From the IMG/VR virus record IMGVR_UViG_3300027734_000046, positions 1 through 64,000 of that record: a DNA stretch of 64,000 bases; one strand, written 5' to 3'. Source of the stretch: an uncultured virus (IMG/VR IMGVR_UViG_3300027734_000046). Its lineage: Duplodnaviria > Heunggongvirae > Uroviricota > Caudoviricetes. The notes below the pieces were generated by a model. The model was given only the letters and a program-made list of their open reading frames with translations, was not told the DNA's origin and searched no databases. The position numbers were made by a program, and so were the translations under genes. Positions 39,062-49,374 of this stretch are shown here, one piece after another (the first letter of the stretch is position 1; every line of letters begins with the position of its first letter).

Positions 39062-39643
39062 TTACCAAGGTAATGGTAAATTAACTATTTGTGGGGATAT
39101 TTTTTGGTTAATTATATTATCTAATTTTTCTTGTAATAAACTTACGTTTTCTGTACCCTCAATCCAACTTATAACGGTATTTTCATTTAAACTACTATAA
39201 TTAATATACTGTCCATTTAAATTATTAAAACTTGATTGACCTTCAATATTTGCTGTTAAACCAGAATCAGATGTTGCATTATATCTCCAGCTTACACCTG
39301 TAACAAAATTTTCATACCCCTCAAAATTAGGGATAGTATTAAGACTGTATATAAACCATCTATATGTTCTTGGATAAACAATATTATATATTTTAATATT
39401 AATTTTATTCTGAAAATTACCAATATCATTAGAACTAATAACCATATTAATCAAATCATCTTGTATTATTGACGTGTATAAAGATTCTTCAGTATAATAA
39501 TTTGTACCATCTTCATATGATGTTATATTATTTTCATTTGTACCACGATACCTCCAATCAATTCTTGATATATATGTAACATTATTTTCAGAATCTATCG
39601 ATTCAACATAATTAAGTATTTCAAAAGCATATACTATATTCAT
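39062..39643 (-). CDS. Tail-fibre-associated protein with an internally duplicated small domain
   Basis: Two similar halves (IDWRYRGT / VSWRYNAT), YSSLNENTVISWI, C-terminal LPLPW. Lies at the end of the fibre cluster. Confidence 0.6.
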   Translation of the reverse strand: MNIVYAFEILNYVESIDSENNVTYISRIDWRYRGTNENNITSYEDGTNYYTEESLYTSIIQDDLINMVISSNDIGNFQNKINIKIYNIVYPRTYRWFIYSLNTIPNFEGYENFVTGVSWRYNATSDSGLTANIEGQSSFNNLNGQYINYSSLNENTVISWIEGTENVSLLQEKLDNIINQKISPQIVNLPLPW

Positions 39644-39667
39644 TTTATTATTTTTTATAATTTATTA

Positions 39668-40678
39668 TTACCATGTATAAACCCTTACTTCACCACGACC
39701 ACCAGTACCACCAGCACCACTATTTCCAGTGTTGGTAGCATTACCACCACCACCACCTCCACCACCACATGCACCACCATTTCCTCCTGCTTCACCGTTA
39801 ATATTACCAGAAGCAGCCGCAGCACCCCCACCACCACCACCACCATTACCACATTTTATGGAATTTCCGCTAGCACCTGTACTACCAGATGTTGGCGCTG
39901 TTGAACTATTAGCCCCAGGTGCAGAACCACCACCTGAAATATATGACCCCGAAGTGCCACCAGAAGTCGGAGCAACACCAACATTACCACTACCAGTACT
40001 ACCACCAACACCACCGCCACCAGCACCAAATATCGAACTACCCCCATCTTTAGGGATAAGGTTAGTAACACCTCTAGAACCGCCAGAGCCACCACCATAT
40101 TCAGCGTTTCCACTACCTAAACCAGCTGTACTAGAACCTAGTCCAGACGCTCCTTGACCACCTATAGCTATTAAAGATGCTACTCCAGGTACCCCACCAC
40201 CGTATGTTGCAGTTGTAGTAATACCACTTAAACCAGCACCACCATTACCACCACCACCACCACCAACCTGAGCTGTCGTTGCTGACAAACCACCAATACC
40301 ACCACCACCAGCATAACCAATTAATTGTGTTGCTCCAGAACTAAAAAAAGAGTTTTCACCATTACCACCACCTCTTCCAATACCAGAAATAGTTACACTA
40401 GCCCCACCAATACCGCCAGAACCAACAAATATTGGTTCTGTACTAGACAACGTACTTGCTAAATAAAATTTTTCAGCATATGCGCCACCACCACCACCAG
40501 TCCCACCCGTTCTATTATTACCGTTGTTTGCTTTTGCGCCACTACCACCTCCACCCCCAGCACCAATACATACAACATATACGAATTTTGCACCTGTCGG
40601 TTTTACCCAAGTCGAATTACCAACAGTTGTAAACACCTGTAAATCTGGTACTTCGTTTATATTATTATTTATTGCCAT
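39668..40678 (-). CDS. Glycine-rich tail fibre tip/adhesin paralog 3
   Basis: QVFTT..STWVKPTGAKFVYVVCIGAGGGGG, poly-Gly runs, C-terminal GGRGEVRVYTW. Confidence 0.75.
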   Translation of the reverse strand: MAINNNINEVPDLQVFTTVGNSTWVKPTGAKFVYVVCIGAGGGGGSGAKANNGNNRTGGTGGGGGAYAEKFYLASTLSSTEPIFVGSGGIGGASVTISGIGRGGGNGENSFFSSGATQLIGYAGGGGIGGLSATTAQVGGGGGGNGGAGLSGITTTATYGGGVPGVASLIAIGGQGASGLGSSTAGLGSGNAEYGGGSGGSRGVTNLIPKDGGSSIFGAGGGGVGGSTGSGNVGVAPTSGGTSGSYISGGGSAPGANSSTAPTSGSTGASGNSIKCGNGGGGGGGAAAASGNINGEAGGNGGACGGGGGGGGNATNTGNSGAGGTGGRGEVRVYTW

Positions 40679-40690
40679 AATTATTTTTTT

Positions 40691-41677
40691 TTAAAAAGTA
40701 TACACTCTTACTTCACCACGACCACCAGCACCACCATTACCAGCACCAATATCCGCACCACAACCACCTCCACCACCTCCACCGCCTGCACCGCCTACAC
40801 CACCATTACCACCTATTGTGTTTGGTGTTATTGTTCCACCACCACCACCACCACCAACACCATATGAAGTACCTGTACCACCTGATGTTGGTGATGCACC
40901 ATTTGTACCGCCTGAAGCACCACCACCAACAACATAAGAACGACTAGTACCGCCTGAGGTTGAATTTACAAGTATAGTACCAAGATAATTTGAGGTTCCA
41001 CCAGCACCACCACCGCCACCACCAAATAATGATGAACCTCCAGGACCAATTGCTGGTGTAAGACTACCATCATGACCACAACCACCTCCACCACCATATT
41101 CAGTTAAACCTCCATTAGTTGGGTTACTACCACCACTTGCCCCCGTACCACCAATACAAGTTTGAGCCACTACAGGGCTTACTGCGGCATAACCTGGTTG
41201 CCCTCCAATAGCAACCAATGAATCACCAACACTACCAGCCCCACCAGTACCACCACCACCACCACCACCAGCACCTATATCAATACCACCTCTAGCACCA
41301 CCACCACCACCATAACTAACCAAATATGTTGTTGCACCTGTACCAAAAAAAGAACTACCACCAATTCCACCAGATGTTGTTGACCCTGAAAGTCCACTGG
41401 TACCACCAGTACCACCAGCACCTACAACAATAGGCACCGTGTTAGCTAAATCACTTGCACTAAATACTTTATAAGCAAAAGCACCACCACCACCACCAGC
41501 ACCACCCCATTTAGGTGCTGTTCCTAAAGAGTATGAAGCACCACCACCACCTCCACCAGCACCAATACACACAACATATACGAATTTTGCACCAGTCGGT
41601 TTTATCCATGTCGAACTACCAACAGTTGTAAACACCTGTATGTTTCTTGCAGAATTTATACTATTATTTATTGCCAT
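40691..41677 (-). CDS. Glycine-rich tail fibre tip/adhesin paralog 2
   Basis: Same N- and C-terminal framework as its neighbours (ends GGRGEVRVYTF). Confidence 0.75.
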   Translation of the reverse strand: MAINNSINSARNIQVFTTVGSSTWIKPTGAKFVYVVCIGAGGGGGGASYSLGTAPKWGGAGGGGGAFAYKVFSASDLANTVPIVVGAGGTGGTSGLSGSTTSGGIGGSSFFGTGATTYLVSYGGGGGARGGIDIGAGGGGGGGTGGAGSVGDSLVAIGGQPGYAAVSPVVAQTCIGGTGASGGSNPTNGGLTEYGGGGGCGHDGSLTPAIGPGGSSLFGGGGGGAGGTSNYLGTILVNSTSGGTSRSYVVGGGASGGTNGASPTSGGTGTSYGVGGGGGGGTITPNTIGGNGGVGGAGGGGGGGGCGADIGAGNGGAGGRGEVRVYTF

Positions 41678-41690
41678 TTTTAATTTATTA

Positions 41691-42683
41691 TTACCACGAA
41701 TAAACCCTTATTTCACCGCGACCACCAGCACCGCCAGTGCCACCACTGCTAGCACGTGTACCGCCCCCACCACCTCCACCACCGCCACCAGGCGCACCAC
41801 CAACACCACCATTAGTACCTGCTGTATTTAAAGTTGCGGTTCCACCGCCACCTCCACCTCCATCGCCAGAACCATTACCTTTATTTGTACCTGTTCCACC
41901 CGAAGTTGGTGATATACCACTTGTTCCAAAAGCACCACCCGTAATACCAGTATAAGTACCTGAACTTCCGCCTGGTTTTGCGTCATAAACAGTCGGTACG
42001 CTATTTGCACCTCCACCAGCACCGCCTCCGCCACCACCATATAATGAACATCCGCCTGAAAAATTAATACCAGTCGTCGAAGTTCCACCACCCCCAGCAC
42101 CACCATATTGAGCAGCACCACCCGACGGAGCAGCAATTGTTCCAGCGCCACCAGTGCCACCAAAAGCTAAAGTGGTTGTACTTGCTCCTGCTGGATTACC
42201 ACCTGCAACAGCGGCACCAGCACCAGCAGCACCAACACTAACAGTACCACCTCCACCACCACCTGAATTAGAAACTGCCGTAACTCTACCCCCAGCACCA
42301 GAACCACCTCCATAGGCTGTTAATATTGTTAAACCTGAACTAAATATTGAATTACCACCTGTAGAACCAATAACACCTACGTTAGAGGCATTACCAGCAC
42401 CACCCGCACCACCAGTCCCACCCGAGGCAACTGTAATTGGTTCTGATAACGATAACTCCGAGGCTAAGTAAAGTTTTGAAACAAAAGAAGCCCCTCCACC
42501 GCCACCACCACCCATTCTATATGTTGCTCCAGATGCTGAACCTCCGCCACCTCCGCCACCTCCGCCACCAATACATTCAACATACACGAATTTAACCCCA
42601 ACGGGTTTTATCCAAGTATTAGAACCTACGGACGTAAATATTTGAACGTTTGAAACTTCATTTATACTATTATTTACTGCCAT
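41691..42683 (-). CDS. Glycine-rich tail fibre tip/adhesin paralog 1
   Basis: Same framework (ends GGRGEIRVYSW). Confidence 0.75.
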   Translation of the reverse strand: MAVNNSINEVSNVQIFTSVGSNTWIKPVGVKFVYVECIGGGGGGGGGGSASGATYRMGGGGGGGASFVSKLYLASELSLSEPITVASGGTGGAGGAGNASNVGVIGSTGGNSIFSSGLTILTAYGGGSGAGGRVTAVSNSGGGGGGTVSVGAAGAGAAVAGGNPAGASTTTLAFGGTGGAGTIAAPSGGAAQYGGAGGGGTSTTGINFSGGCSLYGGGGGGAGGGANSVPTVYDAKPGGSSGTYTGITGGAFGTSGISPTSGGTGTNKGNGSGDGGGGGGGTATLNTAGTNGGVGGAPGGGGGGGGGGTRASSGGTGGAGGRGEIRVYSW

Positions 42684-42690
42684 AAAACAA

Positions 42691-43812
42691 TTAATTTAAT
42701 GTTATCGTACCTACCGCAGATACCACAGTAAATACCGTATTTGCACTAGTACAAACTAATCTAATAGAATCACCATTATTTTGTGAAACTAATGTACCTG
42801 ATGTTTGTGTTGTCGTTATAATACCAAATCTTATAAATTGATTTACGTTTTGTGTTATTGTAAATAAACTATCTGACGCTGAAACAACTTCAATAACACT
42901 ACCCAAGCTTGCGGATACTGGCAAATTAATTAATGTTGTGCCTGTTGTTATATATCCATTATTAGTTGATGCTGTTATTGGAGACGTTGCAAATTGCCAT
43001 GTTAATCCACCACTACCAGTACTAAAACCTGTTATTGTGTTTCCATTAACATTTCCCGTTCCACTTAATGTGATTGTTCCGTTAGAATATGTTCCACCTG
43101 TAACAGCATTAACATTTTGATATGTTGTTGCTGATATTGTATTTGCTGTTAACCCACTAATAAATGATGTTGCACCACTAACTGTACCACCTGTAAAAGA
43201 TGTTGCTGTATTTGTACTAAAACCTGTAATTTGTATTCCGTTAACACCACCACTACCACTAAGCGTAAGCGTTCCGTTTAAATAAGAACCACCTGTAACA
43301 GCACTAATGGTGTAAGTAACTGCCGCACTACTATTTGATGTAACACTCAATACATTACCTGATAGTGTAGTTGCACTAATATAAGTAGGTAAATTAAGAT
43401 ACGTTGTTGCACTTATTGTATTTGCCGTTAATCCTGATAATAAAGTATTACCTGTAACATTTAATGTGTTTGCGGTTAATCCCGATTGGAATATTGTATT
43501 TCCCGTTACCGTACCCCCACTTAATGGGAGATACGCTCCCGACGTAGATGAACTACCCGTATATGCGGACAGGCTTATTGTAAATGCAGAATACTGTCCT
43601 GTTATATTTTGCCTTAAAGTTATTGTATTACTAGATAACGTAAACCCCGTAACAAACGTATCAGTTGTAACTGGTAAGTTAAGATATGTTGTTGCAGATA
43701 ACGTATTTGCTGTCAGACCACTAACAATTATATTGTCAAAATTACCACTAGCGTTTAACTGCGGATACCCATATGGCTGATTAGCCCTATCTAATGTTAT
43801 TATTGTCTTCAT
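42691..43812 (-). CDS. Tail fibre-like protein (Thr/Ser/Gly-rich repeats)
   Basis: SGLTANTISATTY, DTFVTGFTLSSNTITL and YLPLSGGTVTG modules shared with 46435-49374. C-terminal INLPVSASLG..IEV...GDSIRLV domain. Confidence 0.7.
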   Translation of the reverse strand: MKTIITLDRANQPYGYPQLNASGNFDNIIVSGLTANTLSATTYLNLPVTTDTFVTGFTLSSNTITLRQNITGQYSAFTISLSAYTGSSSTSGAYLPLSGGTVTGNTIFQSGLTANTLNVTGNTLLSGLTANTISATTYLNLPTYISATTLSGNVLSVTSNSSAAVTYTISAVTGGSYLNGTLTLSGSGGVNGIQITGFSTNTATSFTGGTVSGATSFISGLTANTISATTYQNVNAVTGGTYSNGTITLSGTGNVNGNTITGFSTGSGGLTWQFATSPITASTNNGYITTGTTLINLPVSASLGSVIEVVSASDSLFTITQNVNQFIRFGIITTTQTSGTLVSQNNGDSIRLVCTSANTVFTVVSAVGTITLN

Positions 43813-43819
43813 ATATTAA

Positions 43820-44266
43820 TTATGAGAATTTACCACCTCTCCATTTATCTTTTATTGCAACAAATTGATATTGGTCTGTTGAACCAATTGAAGTAATTTG
43901 TGAGTTACTACCTTTATCATATGGTTGAAAACCATTATTATTTATAGTAATACTGTTACTACCATCACTATTTATGACCGTAATTGTTTGACCCGTTAAA
44001 GTTGTTGGGTTTGGAAAAAACAATTCATTACCACCCGATGCGGTAATAATTTCATAAACACCTCCACCCGATATAGTGTAATTACCACTAGATAAATCAA
44101 TATCTGGATAGGTTGGTGACGCTGTTGTAAATGTTGGAAACGAAGAATTTCCAGTACTATTGGTTACCACCAATTGACCTAATGAGTTTAATGAAAGTAT
44201 TAATTTGCTTACATCTGATGAAGCTGGGACACTTGCGTTTTTATCTAATTCTATGTAACTTGGCAT
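43820..44266 (-). CDS. Small fibre-associated protein
   Basis: LFFPNP...GQTITVIN...QFVA...W beta-sandwich pattern typical of phage fibre modules. Confidence 0.55.
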   Translation of the reverse strand: MPSYIELDKNASVPASSDVSKLILSLNSLGQLVVTNSTGNSSFPTFTTASPTYPDIDLSSGNYTISGGGVYEIITASGGNELFFPNPTTLTGQTITVINSDGSNSITINNNGFQPYDKGSNSQITSIGSTDQYQFVAIKDKWRGGKFS

Positions 44267-44284
44267 ATATTTTAATTTTTGTTT

Positions 44285-45220
44285 TTATTCTATTATTCCT
44301 GAACCTGTTATAGTACCTCTATTATAAATAACCCCACCAACCTTTAAAGTTCCGTCAACAACAATATCACCATAATTATATAAATCACCCAATATATAGT
44401 AGTCGGCGTTAGTATCAACTATAAATACACTTGTACTTAATACCGTTAAGTCAGAAGGATTAAAAATTGATTGATTTATTGTTATTGTATCTGTCGCACC
44501 TGAATTTGTCTCGTTTCTTAAAAATGCACCACCAACTGAAGATGATGATACTTTATGTATAACACCACTTCCATCTATTGTTAATAATTCAGTGTCGGTA
44601 CCTGTTTGTACCCCTTCTACTTTAATTGGGTCGGTTGCTGCAAATACATGTAATTTATTTGATGGTGATACTGTTCCAATACCAACATTACCACCACTCT
44701 GTGCATTTAATACTAAAGGGTCGCCTTCTACATCTAAACGCCTCCAAGTTGAACCATTTTGAATTGAATATATTTGCCCAATATTTGGACCAGTAACTGG
44801 ATGTCCAAATGAAAAGTGTAATCCATTTACAGTACTACTTGTATTCCATTGACCTGTTATGGTTGTAAGTCCACTAACTTGTAATTTTGATTCTGGTGTT
44901 CTTGTTCCAATACCAACATTTGTACCACTAATAACAAACGTATTGGTATTTGCGGAACCACCAATAATAGAACTATTTGAATTTACTTGAAATATTGAAT
45001 TACCAATATTATTATTTACTGTTAATAACGAACCAGTTAATGTATCCGTTACCGACATCAATTGACCACTAGTACCTCTAACATCAATAAGTGTTGAGCC
45101 GCTTGTAATACCAGTAAACGTCGTTGTACCAGCTGTTGAAACAATAACCCTGTTTGTGCTATTTGTTGATAGCTTTAACCCTTGTGTTTGACTATAGAAT
45201 GCTCCGTTATTTACTGCCAT
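44285..45220 (-). CDS. Tail fibre-like protein with NVGIGT repeats
   Basis: NVGIGTRTPESKLQV and NVGIGTVSPSNKLHV trimeric fibre-type motifs. ATATTTAT upstream. Confidence 0.65.
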   Translation of the reverse strand: MAVNNGAFYSQTQGLKLSTNSTNRVIVSTAGTTTFTGITSGSTLIDVRGTSGQLMSVTDTLTGSLLTVNNNIGNSIFQVNSNSSIIGGSANTNTFVISGTNVGIGTRTPESKLQVSGLTTITGQWNTSSTVNGLHFSFGHPVTGPNIGQIYSIQNGSTWRRLDVEGDPLVLNAQSGGNVGIGTVSPSNKLHVFAATDPIKVEGVQTGTDTELLTIDGSGVIHKVSSSSVGGAFLRNETNSGATDTITINQSIFNPSDLTVLSTSVFIVDTNADYYILGDLYNYGDIVVDGTLKVGGVIYNRGTITGSGIIE

Positions 45221-45258
45221 TTAATATATTTGTTATTTATAAATATTAGAGTTTATTA

Positions 45259-46431
45259 TTAGTTTCCATTAAGCCTAATTAAACAATTAGCAGTTACACC
45301 ATCATAAGTTGTAAAATTTCCACAAACTAGTATTTTTCCATCTGATTGAATTGTACCTGAGCGAGTCGAATCATTAAATCCAACACCAGTAATAAATGAA
45401 TTATCTTTACTACCATCAGAATTTAATCTAATTATACGGTTTGATGTGCCTCCATTATATAGTGTATACGAACCCATAAAAATTATTTTTCCACTACCAT
45501 CTATTATATTACGAAACAATGAATTGCTATTAGCAAACCCAGTACCATAAACGAATAAATTATCTTTGCTACCATCTGAATTTAATCTAATAATACCATT
45601 TGCTGATATACCACTGTATGTTGAAAAAGTACCACCAACCAATATTTTTCCATCAGTTTGCAAACTCAAACCTTGAACAGTACTATCAAACCCAGCACCT
45701 ATATTAAATGATGAATCTTTGGTACCATCAGAATTTAACCTAATAATACGATTTGCTGATATACCACTGTATGTTGTAAAAGTACCACCAGCCAATATTT
45801 TTCCGTCACTTTGAATTGCTAAAGCGAAAAGAAAGTTTGTATTGAACCCAGTACCATAAACAAACGAATTATCCTTGCTACCGTCAGAATTTAATCTAAT
45901 AATATTATTTGCTGATATACCACTAAATGTTGAAAAAGCACCACATACTAGTATTTTATTATCAGACTGAATTTTAATATCCCAAATTTGTACACCAATA
46001 ATATCTTTACTAAATCCAGTACCTATATTAAATGATGAATCTTTACTACCATCTGAATTCAATCTGATTAATCCATTTGCTGATATACCACTGTATGTTG
46101 AAAAAGCACCACCAACCAATATTTTTCCATCTGTTTGTAAACTTAAACTTAGAACAAGGCCATCAAACCCAGCACCTGTATTAAATGATGAATCTTTACT
46201 ACCATCTGAATTTAATCTAATAATACCATTTGCTGATATACCACTGTATGTTGTAAAATTACCAACAACAAGAATTTTATTATCTGTCTGAACTGATACC
46301 GAATGCACTAAGGCATTAAACCCATCACCGATGTTAAATGATGGGTCGGCAAGACCTGGGATAGTGTTTGGATTTGGTCCAAATATTGCATTTCCTTTTA
46401 TAATAGTATTTCCTAGTATATTAACGCCCAT
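45259..46431 (-). CDS. Seven-bladed beta-propeller, Delta-60-repeat type
   Basis: Seven ~51-aa repeats: DxSF..GxGF...QxDGKILVGGxFxTYSG.SAN.IIRLNSDGSK. Confidence 0.85.
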   Translation of the reverse strand: MGVNILGNTIIKGNAIFGPNPNTIPGLADPSFNIGDGFNALVHSVSVQTDNKILVVGNFTTYSGISANGIIRLNSDGSKDSSFNTGAGFDGLVLSLSLQTDGKILVGGAFSTYSGISANGLIRLNSDGSKDSSFNIGTGFSKDIIGVQIWDIKIQSDNKILVCGAFSTFSGISANNIIRLNSDGSKDNSFVYGTGFNTNFLFALAIQSDGKILAGGTFTTYSGISANRIIRLNSDGTKDSSFNIGAGFDSTVQGLSLQTDGKILVGGTFSTYSGISANGIIRLNSDGSKDNLFVYGTGFANSNSLFRNIIDGSGKIIFMGSYTLYNGGTSNRIIRLNSDGSKDNSFITGVGFNDSTRSGTIQSDGKILVCGNFTTYDGVTANCLIRLNGN

Positions 46432-46434
46432 ATA

Positions 46435-49374
46435 TTACATTATTTGAACCCAACCAAATGATTTATATAAAAAATAACCCTCATCGGCATCGGTTTGATA
46501 AACAATTAAACCAGCTGTTGCAGTTATTGCCAATCTTTGTGCTTCAGTCATTCTTGGACCTAAAAACCCTTTGGTTGTTGAAGAAATTTCAAACAAGGCT
46601 GAAGCAGAAGGTGTTGCTGTTCCAATACCCACACTACCACCACTTAGTACAAGATTATTTGCTGACGTAGATGAACTAAAATTTAATGTCCTTCCACTTA
46701 AATCAACTATCCTATTACTATTTAAAACACCATTACCCGTATACAACGTGTTAGGTAAATTTTGATATGTTGTTGCTGATACCGTATTTGCTGTTAAACC
46801 ACTAATAAATGATGTTGCACCACTTACAGTACCACCACTTAATGGTAAAAATGCCCCACTTACAGATGTTGAGCTACCAGTATATGCAGACAGGCTTATT
46901 GTAAATGCAGAATACTGTCCTGTTCTATTCTGTGTTAGTGTTATTGTATTTGACGATAATGTAAACCCTGTGACAAAAGTGTCGGCAGTTACAGGTAAAT
47001 TTTGATATGTAGTTGCAGATATTGTACTTGCTGTTAAACCAGCTAAAAGTGTATTACCAGTTATAGTTAATGTATTTGCTGTTAAACCAGCTAAAAGTGT
47101 ATTACCAGTTATAGTTAATGTATTTGCTGTTAAACCAGCTAATCTAGTATTTCCAGTTACAGTTAACGTATCAGCAGTTACAGCGGCTAATCTAGTACTG
47201 CCAGTTACATTTAATGTATTTGCGGTTATAGCAGCTAATCTAGTACTGCCAGTTACGGTTAATGTATTTGCAGTTATATTACTTAAATTTGTATTACCAG
47301 TTACATTTAATGTATTTGCTGTTAAACCACCAGTAAATACCGTATTACCTGTTACCGTACCACCACTTAATGGAAGATAAGCACCTGATGCAGATGAACT
47401 ACCTGTATACGCCGATAAACTAATTGTAAACGCTGAGTATTGGTCGGCTCTATTTTGTGTAAGTGTTATTGTATTTGACGATAATGTAAACCCTGTGACA
47501 AAAGTGTCGGCAGTTACAGGTAAATTTTGATATGTAGTTGCAGATATTGTATTTGCCGTTAGCCCACTTAAGAAATTTGTTGCACCACTAACTGTACCAC
47601 CAGTAAATGTAGTACTAGAAGTAATACCACTAACATTAAATGTACCGCCTGTGTTATTTGTAAATATAAGTGTACTAGCAGCAGCGCTATATGTACCACC
47701 AGTTACAAATACATCTTTAGGTAAATTTTCATACGTTGTTGCTGATATTGTATTTGCTGTTAACCCGCTTTGGAATACTGTTGGACCACTTACTGTTCCA
47801 CCAGTAAAAGTAACCGCATTAGAAATAACTTGCGTACTTAGTTTACCTGTACTATCAGCAACAACCATTCTTGTAGTACTACCTGATAGATTACCAAATA
47901 TTATATCACCTGTTTTATTTTCAAATGCAATATGTGTTGTACCCGTTAGTGCAGAAAGAGTTGGATTATAATATATACCCCTGACTTTAGTACCTGTTTG
48001 TCCTGTAATATTAATTACTGGGTCTATTAGTAATGTTGCTGCTTCAAAGTTAATATCATTAGGGGTTTGCCACCCATAATTAATGTCAACTATAGATGAA
48101 TTAGTTTGATTCCATTCTCTAGTTTGCCCATAACTAAATCTTGATATAAATGCCCATTTATCTTTAGCACCACCTTGTTCATCTTCCATGAAATATGTAG
48201 ATGCACCATTTATCTTTCTTCTCCATATACCTACATATCCACTTGGGATACTTGTAGATGTGGTATCTATTTGAAAATAATTATTTATATATAAATTTGT
48301 GTCAACATATAATTCATTAGTAAATCTACCATTCCCAAATACATCTAATTTATAAGTAGGTGTATCTGTTCCAATACCTATTTTACTATCGTTACTTAAT
48401 ACTAATAGATTAGTATTCCATGTACTTGCTGAACTACTTGTTGTTTCTAATATCAATTTAGCACCTGTAGTGGTTAATCCACTAGGATTTGTAGAAAGTA
48501 CACGAGCCCCAGGCGTATACGCCACATTTACATTTGAATGACCAAATTCTAATACATTTCTATTTAGAGGTGCGCTACCTTTATCCCATAATCTTAACGC
48601 AACATTTTCAAATGTGCTAGCTCCGCCTATGATTGATACTCCTGGACCTGCACCAATACCATAATCAACTTCTAATTTAGCTGTTGGCGTTGTTGTCCCT
48701 ATACCGACATTACCACCACTCATAACAAGCGTGTCAGGATTTGTTACTGAACTAAAATTTAATGTTTTTCCACTTAAATCAACTATTCTATTACCACTTA
48801 AAACACCATTACCCGTATACAACGTGTTAGGTAAATTTTGATATGTTGTTGCCGATATTGTATTTGCAGTTAATCCACTAGTAAATACTGTTGCACCATT
48901 AACAGTACCACCTGTAAATTGAGCACTAGCGATTATTCCCGTTAATTTAGAGCCATCCCCATAAAACGTATCACCACTTATTGTTGTTGCTGATATCGTA
49001 CTAGCTGTCAAACCACTTTGGAATATTGTATTACCAGTAACAGTACCACCACTTAACGGTAAATAGTTACCAGACGCTGTTGATGTTGAACCTGTTGTAA
49101 AACCTGTAACTTGAAATGTACCGCCTGTTGAATTAACAAATGTTGCAGTACCTGTAGTATTATTATATGTACCACCAGTCACATACACATTTAATGATGA
49201 ACCAGTAAGTCCTGATAATGTTATAGTAAAAGCTGAATATTGGTCAATTCTATTTTGTGTTAGGGTAATATTGTTTGATGACAAGGTAAACCCAGTCACA
49301 AAGGTATCATCAAGCACCAACGGCTCAATTATAAATGTTTCATTAATATCCCCAAAGTTATTTATACAGCTCAT
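46435..49374 (-). CDS. Long modular tail fibre protein
   Basis: Reused modules (FTGGTV, SGLTANTISATTY, NVGIGT, YLPLSGGTV), six 16-aa tandem repeats, C-terminal KGFLGPRMT...GLIVYQTD...W. Confidence 0.75.
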   Translation of the reverse strand: MSCINNFGDINETFIIEPLVLDDTFVTGFTLSSNNITLTQNRIDQYSAFTITLSGLTGSSLNVYVTGGTYNNTTGTATFVNSTGGTFQVTGFTTGSTSTASGNYLPLSGGTVTGNTIFQSGLTASTISATTISGDTFYGDGSKLTGIIASAQFTGGTVNGATVFTSGLTANTISATTYQNLPNTLYTGNGVLSGNRIVDLSGKTLNFSSVTNPDTLVMSGGNVGIGTTTPTAKLEVDYGIGAGPGVSIIGGASTFENVALRLWDKGSAPLNRNVLEFGHSNVNVAYTPGARVLSTNPSGLTTTGAKLILETTSSSASTWNTNLLVLSNDSKIGIGTDTPTYKLDVFGNGRFTNELYVDTNLYINNYFQIDTTSTSIPSGYVGIWRRKINGASTYFMEDEQGGAKDKWAFISRFSYGQTREWNQTNSSIVDINYGWQTPNDINFEAATLLIDPVINITGQTGTKVRGIYYNPTLSALTGTTHIAFENKTGDIIFGNLSGSTTRMVVADSTGKLSTQVISNAVTFTGGTVSGPTVFQSGLTANTISATTYENLPKDVFVTGGTYSAAASTLIFTNNTGGTFNVSGITSSTTFTGGTVSGATNFLSGLTANTISATTYQNLPVTADTFVTGFTLSSNTITLTQNRADQYSAFTISLSAYTGSSSASGAYLPLSGGTVTGNTVFTGGLTANTLNVTGNTNLSNITANTLTVTGSTRLAAITANTLNVTGSTRLAAVTADTLTVTGNTRLAGLTANTLTITGNTLLAGLTANTLTITGNTLLAGLTASTISATTYQNLPVTADTFVTGFTLSSNTITLTQNRTGQYSAFTISLSAYTGSSTSVSGAFLPLSGGTVSGATSFISGLTANTVSATTYQNLPNTLYTGNGVLNSNRIVDLSGRTLNFSSSTSANNLVLSGGSVGIGTATPSASALFEISSTTKGFLGPRMTEAQRLAITATAGLIVYQTDADEGYFLYKSFGWVQIM
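46937..47551. repeat. Exact 90-nt direct repeat (46937-47026 and 47462-47551) flanking a 48-nt tandem array
   Basis: agtgttattgtatttgacg...gcagatattgta is identical in both copies. About six 48-nt units (TANTLxVTGxTxLAxx) lie at ~47040-47327. Confidence 0.9.

Noticed and set aside
45259..47551. CRISPR array suggested by regularly spaced DNA repeats
   Set aside because: The repeats are in-frame protein repeats (propeller blades, fibre units) inside long ORFs, degenerate at codon third positions, with no cas genes.
39668..49374. Diversity-generating retroelement acting on fibre genes
   Set aside because: No reverse transcriptase in the window. The repeats are in-frame coding modules, and I saw no TR/VR pair with adenine-specific mismatches.
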